This document shows, in pieces, positions 20,652 to 29,016 of a stretch of 39,223 nucleotides of DNA. This DNA is from Bdellovibrionales bacterium. Lineage in GTDB: Bacteria; Bdellovibrionota; UBA1018; CAIMNF01. A model generated the notes under the pieces. It saw only the letters and a program-made list of their open reading frames with translations, was not told where the DNA came from and did not search any database. A program made the translations under genes and the position numbers. The stretch is taken from contig JBEIJY010000024.1 in assembly GCA_040380025.1 (NCBI GenBank), positions 1 through 39,223 on the forward strand. Reading direction: 5' to 3'. Each line of letters opens with the position of its first letter. Position 1 is the first letter of the stretch.

Positions 20652-21629
20652 ATGGGGAAGCTCAGTTGGGGATTGAGTCTTTTCGTTCTTGTTTTGATTC
20701 AAGGGGGACCGTCCCGGGCATCGGGCGGCTCTGACTCGGGCGCGGGGGACTGCCCGAGTGTCGACCTGAGGTCGCGCCATCCGATGCCGGTGCGCGATCA
20801 GGGCAAGGTCTCGTGGTGCTACGCCTATGCCTCGGCCGATTATCTTCAGTTTTTTTACCGCACACCCGAGCAGGTCTCGGCCGCTGACATCGCGATTCGC
20901 TACAACCAAGGACTCTGGCCCCGCATGACCCGGGTTTTTTCGGGTGCACCCGTGCCCGAAACCGGCTTCGCCCGGAATGCACTCTTGATCGCCTCCAAGG
21001 AGGGATATTGCCCCGAGAGGATGTTTCCCTCGGACTCCTGGCGAAAAGTCCATGCGAACGGAGTCGAATCCAAGCCCCTGAACGAGGCGATTCAAGACAT
21101 CAAGCAGCTTCATCAAGACGTCCGGTCGGGCAAAATCCGCGGCGCTTCGGATCTCCCATTTTTTTATGAATTCCCCGCCGTCGGGGCCGGGGAGTTCTTT
21201 GAAGTCCTCCAAGAACGCCGATGGCGGCACGTTTTGAACCGCCTGCGCGAATCCGCGTGCCTGACGGCACGAAAATCCTACCCGCGAACCCCAGTACGGG
21301 TTTCGATGGTCTTCAACCTCGGGCGTCCGTTCGCACGAATTCAAGAGTCGCTGCTTTCGGGGAATCCGGTTTCGGCCGATTATTTTGCAGGGGTCCTGAA
21401 GACGCCAGAGCGGTATCGGCAAAGCCTCTCGGAACTCCATACGACATTGATTCTGGGTCAGCGCTACTCGAACGAGCGAAAAGAATGCGAGTACCTGATC
21501 AAGGATTCGCATGGGCCGGACTGCACGCAATACTCCCCCGAGTGGGAGTGTGAATCAGGGCATCTTTGGGTGGGCGAGGAAGCCTTGAAGGGGGCCTTGG
21601 TTTCGACGGTGTTTCTTCAGGAAAAGTAA
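20652..21629 (+). CDS. Secreted papain-like (C1) cysteine peptidase
   Basis: Signal peptide; VDLR..PVRDQGKVSWCYAYA (Gln, catalytic Cys), HTTLILG (His) and YLIKDSHG (cf. IKNSWG); start uncertain. Confidence 0.75.
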   Translation: MGKLSWGLSLFVLVLIQGGPSRASGGSDSGAGDCPSVDLRSRHPMPVRDQGKVSWCYAYASADYLQFFYRTPEQVSAADIAIRYNQGLWPRMTRVFSGAPVPETGFARNALLIASKEGYCPERMFPSDSWRKVHANGVESKPLNEAIQDIKQLHQDVRSGKIRGASDLPFFYEFPAVGAGEFFEVLQERRWRHVLNRLRESACLTARKSYPRTPVRVSMVFNLGRPFARIQESLLSGNPVSADYFAGVLKTPERYRQSLSELHTTLILGQRYSNERKECEYLIKDSHGPDCTQYSPEWECESGHLWVGEEALKGALVSTVFLQEK

Positions 21630-22693
21630 CAGCTCACAAAGTCCGAATGGGCCTGAGCGCCGATCCGGCGCACTCTCTCGGCCAAAGAAAACGAATCGCC
21701 GGCAAGCGTGAGCCTTGCGCGCACCGAGCGCACCCGTTTGATGGATGTTTGAAGCGCCTCGATCGAAAGTCGTCCCTCGGCCACGGCCTTCCGGATCGAC
21801 TCGATTGCAATCAGCGCCGCCGATTCCGAGCGGTAGCACAGAAGATCGCACCCAGCCTGAAGGGCAAGCACCGGAGCTTCTTCGGCGCCGTAGTTCTTGG
21901 TGATCGCACCCATCTCCATGTCATCGCTGATCACGACTCCGTCGTACCCCAGGGTCCCCCTCAGGTGCTCCTTCAAAAACGTGGACGAAAGGGTACCCGG
22001 ATTCACCGGGTCCAGATGCGGAAGCAGAATGTGCGCGCTCATCAAAAAGTTCGCGCCCGACTTCATGGCACGCTGGAACGGAATCCACTCGCGGGTCTGC
22101 AAGGTTTCGAGCGGAGTGGTCACGGTCGGGAGCGACTCGTGCGAGTCAAGATGAGTGTCCCCGTGACCCGGAAAATGCTTGATGCATCCTTGGACTCCCT
22201 CGGCCAGATGGCCTCGTAGAACGGCCTCGGCCATTTGCGAGACCTGCTCGGCTGTGCTCCCGTAGGCGCGGTCTCCGATGACAGGGTTTGCAGGATTCGT
22301 GTTGATGTCGCAAACGGGCGCGTAATTCAGCTGGATTCCGGCCGCATACAGCTCCCGTGCCTGAATGCGGGCGAACTCGAGCGCGAGATCGGTCGAATTC
22401 GCCGCCGCCACCCGAAGCGCCCGCGGCAGAAGCGTGAATCCTTTTCGGAAGCGCTGGACACGGCCGCCTTCCTGATCGACCGAGATGATCGCGGGAAGAG
22501 AGCCTCGTCGTGCCCGTGCCTGCAGCTCATCGGTGAGCGCGATCAGCTGTTCGGGGGATTCATAATTGTGTGCAAACAGGATGAACTGACAGGCTTTCTC
22601 GCGCGTGATCGTCGAGATCGTTTCATGCGCAAGCGAGGTTCCCTGAAACCCCATCACCACCAGCTCTGCCAGAGAGTAATCTTCACCGATCAT
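21617..22693 (-). CDS. nagZ: Beta-N-acetylhexosaminidase (GH3)
   Basis: VDQEGGRVQR, APVCD, IGDRAYG, KHFPGHGDT..DSH and ISDDMEMGA motifs. Confidence 0.93.
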   Translation of the reverse strand: MIGEDYSLAELVVMGFQGTSLAHETISTITREKACQFILFAHNYESPEQLIALTDELQARARRGSLPAIISVDQEGGRVQRFRKGFTLLPRALRVAAANSTDLALEFARIQARELYAAGIQLNYAPVCDINTNPANPVIGDRAYGSTAEQVSQMAEAVLRGHLAEGVQGCIKHFPGHGDTHLDSHESLPTVTTPLETLQTREWIPFQRAMKSGANFLMSAHILLPHLDPVNPGTLSSTFLKEHLRGTLGYDGVVISDDMEMGAITKNYGAEEAPVLALQAGCDLLCYRSESAALIAIESIRKAVAEGRLSIEALQTSIKRVRSVRARLTLAGDSFSLAERVRRIGAQAHSDFVSCYFS

Positions 22694-22702
22694 GGAGTTA
22701 CT

Positions 22703-23458
22703 TTATGTCCTCTCTTCGATTCGGAGCAAGTGGAATGAGCCGATCAGCAAACACAGGGGAGCCGCGGCCAAGCCCAGAATCCAGGGCGCCTCCAACAGGT
22801 AGTCCTTGCCCTGGGCCAGAAGTCGTCCCCAGGTTTCATATTCGGGGACGCTTGAGAGACCCAAGAAAGAAAGCGAGGTCTCGATCAAAATGAGCCGGAT
22901 CAACAAAAACGGAAGGATCACCGGAACGGATGCCTGAAGTGCGGGAAGGAAGTGCCGGGTCCAAAGATGCCATCGTCCCGCGCCCATGGCCTCGGAGGCG
23001 AGAACGAAGTCTTCGGATGATACTTTCAGAAGCTGGCTCTCGAAGTACCGGATGGTTGTGGGGACCACCATCAGCATCGCGCCCAGGTAAAACGTGGCGA
23101 TCGATCCCGGAAACAGCACCCCGAGCGCGAGCGCAAGTAAAAACCCGGGAAGCGCTGAGAGCAGATCGAGCACGGTTCGAACGAGGAATCGCACGCGCGG
23201 ATGGCGCGAGGCCGCGAACAGTGCCACTGCGATCGAGACCGCGATACAAAGCACCAGCACGGGCATGAGCGTGATCAAAGTTTGTGCGATGGTCGAGAGG
23301 GTGAGTGCCGCGCAGTTGCGTCCGAAGGCGTCGAATCCCGGCCTTAACACGCGAGAAATCACATGCGACTCGATCGAATCGCGGAATGGAATCGTGCCGA
23401 ACGAAGAAAGCACAAGAACGAGAATCACCATCGCTGGAATTTTTGCAGATTGTCTCAT
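22703..23458 (-). CDS. Peptide ABC transporter permease (DppC/OppC-like)
   Basis: G.DAFGR, FVLASEAMGA EAA loop, ETSLSFLGL and WGRLL motifs. Confidence 0.85.
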   Translation of the reverse strand: MRQSAKIPAMVILVLVLSSFGTIPFRDSIESHVISRVLRPGFDAFGRNCAALTLSTIAQTLITLMPVLVLCIAVSIAVALFAASRHPRVRFLVRTVLDLLSALPGFLLALALGVLFPGSIATFYLGAMLMVVPTTIRYFESQLLKVSSEDFVLASEAMGAGRWHLWTRHFLPALQASVPVILPFLLIRLILIETSLSFLGLSSVPEYETWGRLLAQGKDYLLEAPWILGLAAAPLCLLIGSFHLLRIEERT

Positions 23459-24288
23459 GTCGCCCTCGGATCAAGACGTGCCTGAAAGTGATAGCCGAGC
23501 TGTTGGGCAATCAAGCTCGCGACCGAGACCGCCATCAAGGTGAGCTCGATGACCGGGTAGTCTCGGCTGAGAACCGCATCCGCAAGAAGACTTCCCACGC
23601 CGTGCCACTGAAAGAGCGTCTCGACCAGAAGGCTGCCGTTCAAAAGAACCCCGAGCTGGGTGCCGAAAAAAACCGTGAAATACCCGAACGAGGGCGCAAG
23701 CAAGTGCTTCCGAAACACGGTGAATTCCGAAAACCCGAGAGCACGGGCGCCGGGGACGGAGCTTTTCAGGATGCTTGCCTCAAGGTGCCTCGAGAGCGAG
23801 CGGTGCCAGAACGCCGTCAGATGCAGGGCCAGAATGAGCGCCGGAAGAATGGGATTCGGAAGGGGAAAAACCCGAAGAAAAACCGGGCCTGCGACAAACA
23901 CGGGCACGGAGGCGAGAACGATCACCGATCCCTCTGAGATCCTCCGGCCCCGCCCGCGTCGGAAAGAAAGATACAGGGTCAGGAACGTGAGCGGAATGGC
24001 GAGGAACAAGGTAAGGGCCGTGAGAACCAGCGACTTCCCGGCCGCCCGCGAAAGAAGCGTCGCCGCGGATTCATTCCGCACGAGCGAGCGATTTTTGGGG
24101 AGGGAGAGCATTCGCTCCAAGGGGGACTCGGGAAGATCCATCTTCTTGCGGAGTTCGGAGGCCTCGATCCGCACGAGGGACTCGTGCACCAAAAACTCGG
24201 CCGGATCGCCGGGCAAAAGAAACACCGCACCCCGGAGCGCGCACCAGATCAGCAAGAATACGAGCGGAAGCCGAAGCCAGGATTTCAT
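23455..24288 (-). CDS. Peptide ABC transporter permease (DppB/OppB-like)
   Basis: LPGDPA, ARALG, GSLLVETLF.W.G.G and RDYPVI motifs. Confidence 0.85.
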   Translation of the reverse strand: MKSWLRLPLVFLLIWCALRGAVFLLPGDPAEFLVHESLVRIEASELRKKMDLPESPLERMLSLPKNRSLVRNESAATLLSRAAGKSLVLTALTLFLAIPLTFLTLYLSFRRGRGRRISEGSVIVLASVPVFVAGPVFLRVFPLPNPILPALILALHLTAFWHRSLSRHLEASILKSSVPGARALGFSEFTVFRKHLLAPSFGYFTVFFGTQLGVLLNGSLLVETLFQWHGVGSLLADAVLSRDYPVIELTLMAVSVASLIAQQLGYHFQARLDPRAT

Positions 24289-25007
24289 GGAGCGAGAAAC
24301 GCCTCTGCCTTCTCGCGCGTACTTTTTTGAACCACCCGCTCGAGTTCCGGAACCTCAATCCGGACGGCATCGCCTTTCGGCGTGACCCACCAGAACGCGA
24401 CCACTTTATGAAAAACCACTTGGAGCTTCCGTGTCTTCGTCGACACGGCAAATTCGTCCGGCCTCATCTCGTAGGCAGTACCCCGGATGACCGGGACCTC
24501 GCCCTCCACCGCATCTTCGAGAATCGCTTGGAATTCCTTGGGTTGGACCCCGGTGATCCGGCGGTAGTTTTGGTGGATCCACACCGGAAAGAACGAGGCC
24601 AGGATCAGATTCGGAATCATCTCGGCTTTCAGGGGTTTGGACTGTCGGATCCCCGTGCGGCTTTTGACCGAGAACACCTTGCCGCGGGAGTCGACCGTGC
24701 CGTCGATGATCTTCTCTTCTCCCTCCACCTGCGTCCGGAAGTTGTAATAGACCGGGTCGAGGGAGGGGGTGTTCTTGGCGGTGGCGCCCAGGTTCTCGCT
24801 CCGGATCCGACGGCCCTCGCGAATCCATGTGTTTAATTGAATTTTCGCGCGATCTCCCATGATCTCGGCTTTCTCGTTATAATAGGAGTGGGGGGTGCCT
24901 TGCTGGGTGACGATGTACCAGTTGTCCCAGAGCAGGGCCGCTTTTGCGGGAATCAGGGGCAGGGCGATGAGGGTCCAGATCATCCGACTGATTTTTGACA
25001 CGGGCAT
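24285..25007 (-). CDS. Hypothetical exported protein
   Basis: AGGAGG SD sequence upstream of ATG 25007; signal peptide; coupled to the downstream permease. Confidence 0.7.
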   Translation of the reverse strand: MPVSKISRMIWTLIALPLIPAKAALLWDNWYIVTQQGTPHSYYNEKAEIMGDRAKIQLNTWIREGRRIRSENLGATAKNTPSLDPVYYNFRTQVEGEEKIIDGTVDSRGKVFSVKSRTGIRQSKPLKAEMIPNLILASFFPVWIHQNYRRITGVQPKEFQAILEDAVEGEVPVIRGTAYEMRPDEFAVSTKTRKLQVVFHKVVAFWWVTPKGDAVRIEVPELERVVQKSTREKAEAFLAP

Positions 25008-25035
25008 TCCTCCTGGCGTGGGCACGGCCACAGGG

Positions 25036-25071
25036 TAACTGATTTCAGTTATCAAGGAAAGGTGCCGAGAA
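25036..25071 (+). promoter_or_regulatory. Palindromic operator overlapping a possible sigma28 promoter of the tad locus
   Basis: TAACTGA-TT-TCAGTTA perfect IR (25036-25051); TCAG-N15-GCCGAGAA resembles TAAA-N15-GCCGATAA. Confidence 0.4.
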
Positions 25072-25092
25072 GGATTCGGGAGGGAACGGACC

Positions 25093-26007
25093 ATGTTCCA
25101 CGTTGCGGACTACAGTGAATTCGTTCTGATGGCGGGATACGGAATCATCTTTGTCTCGGTCGCGATCTTCAGCTTCATGCTCGTTTCCGAGCAGGAGAAC
25201 CTGGATGCCCAGGAGAATCTTCGCGAACTCGACGGCAAGAAGACTTCGAACCCGCTCGTGAAGTTCACCCGTCCCGTGTTTTCGCAGTATCTGGTTCCGG
25301 CGATCCGGGGCAATGCCCGGTTCGATGCGTGGCGCCTCAAGTACAAACGCAAGATCATCAGCGGCGGCCTGAAAGAAGAGCTGACGGCGGATGAGTTCAT
25401 CGCTTTCAAGTTCATGCTGATCGCCGTGTTCCCCCTGATCGGCGGATTCATCCGCGCACTCGATCTGGCCGATGTTCCGAATCTCGTGATTCTCGCGCTC
25501 CCTGCGGTCGGCTACATGTATCCCGATCTTTGGGTGAACTCGCGGATCAAGGAACGCCATAAAAAGGTAATCCGCTCCCTGCCGTTCGTGGTCGATCTGC
25601 TCGCCCTGTCGACCGAAGCGGGCTTGGACTTCATCGGAGCCATCCAGAAGGTGGTCGAGAAAGCCGCACCAAGCCCGTTCATCGAGGAACTCGAGCAGGT
25701 GCTGAAAGAAATCAAAGTCGGTTCGGCGCGCGGAGATGCCCTTCGCGAGATGGCGTTCCGGATCAATCTCCAGGAAGTGAACTCCTTTGTGGCGGTCCTG
25801 TGCTCGGCCGATGCGATGGGGGCCTCGATCGGCAAGGTGCTCCGGCAACAGTCCGAGCAGATCCGTGTGCTCCGGTTCGTCCAGGCCGAGAAGGCCGGCG
25901 CGATCGCCAACCAGAAGCTCATGTTCCCGACGTTTTGCCTCATTCTGCCGGCGATCGCGATCGTGATGGGAGCGCCGTTTTACTTGCAGTCGCAGGCGGG
26001 AGGATGA
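25093..26007 (+). CDS. tadC: Tad pilus platform protein TadC (T2SS F family)
   Basis: LPFVVDLLALSTEAGLDF, G..R.DALR.MA.R, MGASIG.VLR.QS.Q.R and AEKAG motifs. Confidence 0.9.
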   Translation: MFHVADYSEFVLMAGYGIIFVSVAIFSFMLVSEQENLDAQENLRELDGKKTSNPLVKFTRPVFSQYLVPAIRGNARFDAWRLKYKRKIISGGLKEELTADEFIAFKFMLIAVFPLIGGFIRALDLADVPNLVILALPAVGYMYPDLWVNSRIKERHKKVIRSLPFVVDLLALSTEAGLDFIGAIQKVVEKAAPSPFIEELEQVLKEIKVGSARGDALREMAFRINLQEVNSFVAVLCSADAMGASIGKVLRQQSEQIRVLRFVQAEKAGAIANQKLMFPTFCLILPAIAIVMGAPFYLQSQAGG

Positions 26008-26372
26008 GAATGCCGTTGCGGATGATCCGGAAATCCGATTCCGCGTCGATCGCCTCGAATCTCGAGGTGGCGGAGCGGTTTTTGCCGAGACTCGTCGGAT
26101 TGATCGGCCGCAAATCGTTCGTGCCGGGCGAGGGACTGTTGTTCCCCCGCTGCACCAGCATTCACATGTGGATGATGAGCATCCCGATCGATGCCGTGTT
26201 TTTGAAAAAACGCGGAACTGAGTGGGAGGTGCTGAGTTTGCATCCCGAGCTCCGGCCGTGGCGGGTTCTTCCGGTCGGGAACGGTTCGGCGGATGACGTG
26301 CTTGAACTTCCCCAGGGAAGCATCGGGCGGATCGGACTGAGAACGGGGGAGGTGCTATGCATCGTCTCGTGA
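26004..26372 (+). CDS. DUF192 family protein
   Basis: A..F..RL.GL.GR, EGLLFP.C.SIHM..M..PID.VFL and VLELP.G motifs. Confidence 0.88.
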   Translation: MRMPLRMIRKSDSASIASNLEVAERFLPRLVGLIGRKSFVPGEGLLFPRCTSIHMWMMSIPIDAVFLKKRGTEWEVLSLHPELRPWRVLPVGNGSADDVLELPQGSIGRIGLRTGEVLCIVS

Positions 26373-27955
26373 TCGTCTCGGGGCCGAACCGCGGAAGCGC
26401 TTTTCAGTTGGCGGAGGGCGAGAATCTGATCGGCCGTCAGATGGACAATCATATTGTTTTGAGCTCCTCCCGCGTCTCGAAGCGCCATTGCTCGATCATG
26501 GTGGCGGAGAGCGGGATTTTTTTGAAGGACGACAGCAGCACGAACGGCACCTTCGTGAACGGGGCGCTCACCCGGCAGCAGACGCTGAAGTCGGGCGACA
26601 AACTCGGGGTCGGCGAGTTCGTTCTCGAGCTCGTGAAGGCGCGTGAAGCTCGCGCCGCCGCGCCTGTTTCGCTCGCTCCGGCCGTGGCGCCGGTCTTGGC
26701 GCACGCGCCGGGGATGCCGCAGGGAATGTCGATGCCTCGCGAGGAATTCAGGCTTCCGGTGAACGAGGTCGAGGAGCCCGACAGTCTGCCGTCGAAGCTC
26801 CAGGTGCTGTTCGAGGGCAAGCTCATGCCTGCCTTTTATTCGCTTCTCCTCAAATCCGGGTTTCGTACCGTCTCGGGTCTGGTGCTCGGGGTGGCGGGCG
26901 CGGCCACCATTCTGGGATCCGCCTTGCCCATGCAGGATCTTGCCGAGCAGTCGGTGCGGCGTGAGGCCTCGATCCGCGCGAAGGTCCTCGCCCGCGAGGT
27001 TGCAGATCGCTTCCAGCCGGATTTCGCGAATCACACCGAGTCGCGCATTGATTTCACCTTCCTCGAAAACGAGGATTCCATCCGTTCCATCGCCATCACC
27101 GATCCGTCCCTCCGGATCATCGCGCCCGTCTCGCGGCAGAACCAGCTCTTCGCCGGGTCCTACGAGGCGGTATTCGCCCTCGAGATGGCCAAGCGGTTTC
27201 GCGAAGGGAAGGAATCGGGCGCAGGACGGATGGATATCGAAAAGAACATCGCCGTTTACGTCGAGCCGATCAAGGTTCCGGGGCAGACGAAATCTCCGAT
27301 CGTGGCGATCGTGACCGTGGCGATTGATTTCTCGTCCAATATGATTTCGGCGGGGGGAGCGGGGGTCGCAGTCGGAACGGGCGTTGCCATCGGGGGCACG
27401 GCGCTTCTGCTCGCGTTTTTGATCCTGATGCGGCTTTCGTTCAAGCCCTACGAGGTATTGAACGAGGATCTCGACCAGGTTCTCCGGGGCGAGATTCCGC
27501 GGGTCACTGAGGAGTTCAAGATCGAAGAGACAAAAGGCCTCTGGGACAACATCAATGTGGCCGCGCAAAGACTTCCGAAAACCGCATCCGACCACGGCAA
27601 TGACGAGGGCGCGGTCAATTGGGAGTCGCGGTTCGAGGGGTTTCGCACGATGGCCGAACAGGGCGGGTTCGCGTTCGCCGGGTTCGATCCGAATCTCGGT
27701 TTTGCGGGCATGAACGATCTTTTTACCGAAATCAGCGGCATCCGGCCGGATTCGCTGGGACAGGCTGTGAGCGTCGTGGGCGATCAGGCCATCTCGGCTC
27801 TCGTGGTCGATCTGATGAAGATGACATTGCAGAGCCAGACCAAGAGCACCACCGACCGGTTCGTGTTCGGAGGGGATGACTACGAGGTGACGGCAATCGG
27901 GGTCCAGGTCAAGGAGCAAACAGGGCTTGCAGTCCTGTTCAAGAGGAAAGGATGA
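26357..27955 (+). CDS. FHA-domain inner-membrane protein with two TM segments
   Basis: IGR..SRVSKRH..STNGTFVNG; hydrophobic segments flanking a periplasmic region. Confidence 0.88.
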   Translation: MHRLVIVSGPNRGSAFQLAEGENLIGRQMDNHIVLSSSRVSKRHCSIMVAESGIFLKDDSSTNGTFVNGALTRQQTLKSGDKLGVGEFVLELVKAREARAAAPVSLAPAVAPVLAHAPGMPQGMSMPREEFRLPVNEVEEPDSLPSKLQVLFEGKLMPAFYSLLLKSGFRTVSGLVLGVAGAATILGSALPMQDLAEQSVRREASIRAKVLAREVADRFQPDFANHTESRIDFTFLENEDSIRSIAITDPSLRIIAPVSRQNQLFAGSYEAVFALEMAKRFREGKESGAGRMDIEKNIAVYVEPIKVPGQTKSPIVAIVTVAIDFSSNMISAGGAGVAVGTGVAIGGTALLLAFLILMRLSFKPYEVLNEDLDQVLRGEIPRVTEEFKIEETKGLWDNINVAAQRLPKTASDHGNDEGAVNWESRFEGFRTMAEQGGFAFAGFDPNLGFAGMNDLFTEISGIRPDSLGQAVSVVGDQAISALVVDLMKMTLQSQTKSTTDRFVFGGDDYEVTAIGVQVKEQTGLAVLFKRKG

Positions 27956-29016
27956 GGGAAATGAGCCAGTCCGTTCTCAAATTCAAGACGTCGGAGGTTC
28001 CCCGCCAAGAGGGGGAATACGCGCGTCTTCGGATCCTGAAGGGGCCGGACTTCGGTTCGGTCTTCGTGATCCGGGAGTCGTCCCTGGTCGTGGGACGCAG
28101 TGAGGACGCGACGATCCGCCTTTCGGATCTCAAGGCATCCCGGATCCATGTCCGGATCGAGTACACCCGCTCCGGTTGGAAGCTGGTCGATCTCGGAAGT
28201 GCGAATGGAGTGTTTTTTCGCGGAAAATACGTACGGGAGTGCGATTTGCAGAGCGGCGATCACTTCATGCTGGGGGAGACCATCCTCGAGTTCCTCATGA
28301 ACCATGAGAGCAACCGCGCACTCGTCGCGCCGATCGTCGACGATCCCGATCTCGAGAGGCGCGAGATGGCCCTCGCGCATCAGCGAATCAAGGTCAGGAA
28401 CGCGAGCGAGCCCGTCCGGATCGTGCCGCGGGTCGGAGCGAAGGCCCGGTCCAAGGGAATCCTGATCGGGCTTCTTGTGGTGGCCGCCGCCTACTCGTTT
28501 CCGGAGGTCGCGGTTCCTCTTTTGAATGATTTCGGCTTGGAGTTCATCGCGGACTTTCTTCCCGCCGATCCCGCCGCCGCGAAACGGAAGACGGTGCGAA
28601 AAGAGTCGAAGGAGCAGAAACAAGAAGAGATCGCCCGGGATCTCGCGTCGTATCTGCCTGCAAGCGAGGATGCCGACGGGATGAAAAACGAATCGGAGAG
28701 GTACTTCCAGGAGGGCTTTCGGGAGTATCGCACCGGAAACTACCTCCGGGCACGGGATGCCTTCGAACTCGCACTGCAAATGAATCCGGCCCACGAAAAA
28801 GCAAAACGCTATCGGGGAATCGCCATCCGGGATTCCGAAGTCGAAGTGAAACGCCTGATCGATGCCGGCCTGCGCGCCGTCGATTCGGGGCGATTCAGCC
28901 AGGCGAAGGCTTTTTTTGAGATGGCGCTCCGGCGACTTCCCGAGGATGAGGAGAATCCGCAGGTCAAGACCTGCCGGAATGCCCTGAAAGAGTTGAATGC
29001 GGGAGGCAAGTTATGA
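27952..29016 (+). CDS. FHA-TM-TPR protein
   Basis: VGRS..ASRIH..DLGSANG; TM segment; YFQEGFREY..GNY..A...F..AL..NP TPR. Confidence 0.88.
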   Translation: MREMSQSVLKFKTSEVPRQEGEYARLRILKGPDFGSVFVIRESSLVVGRSEDATIRLSDLKASRIHVRIEYTRSGWKLVDLGSANGVFFRGKYVRECDLQSGDHFMLGETILEFLMNHESNRALVAPIVDDPDLERREMALAHQRIKVRNASEPVRIVPRVGAKARSKGILIGLLVVAAAYSFPEVAVPLLNDFGLEFIADFLPADPAAAKRKTVRKESKEQKQEEIARDLASYLPASEDADGMKNESERYFQEGFREYRTGNYLRARDAFELALQMNPAHEKAKRYRGIAIRDSEVEVKRLIDAGLRAVDSGRFSQAKAFFEMALRRLPEDEENPQVKTCRNALKELNAGGKL

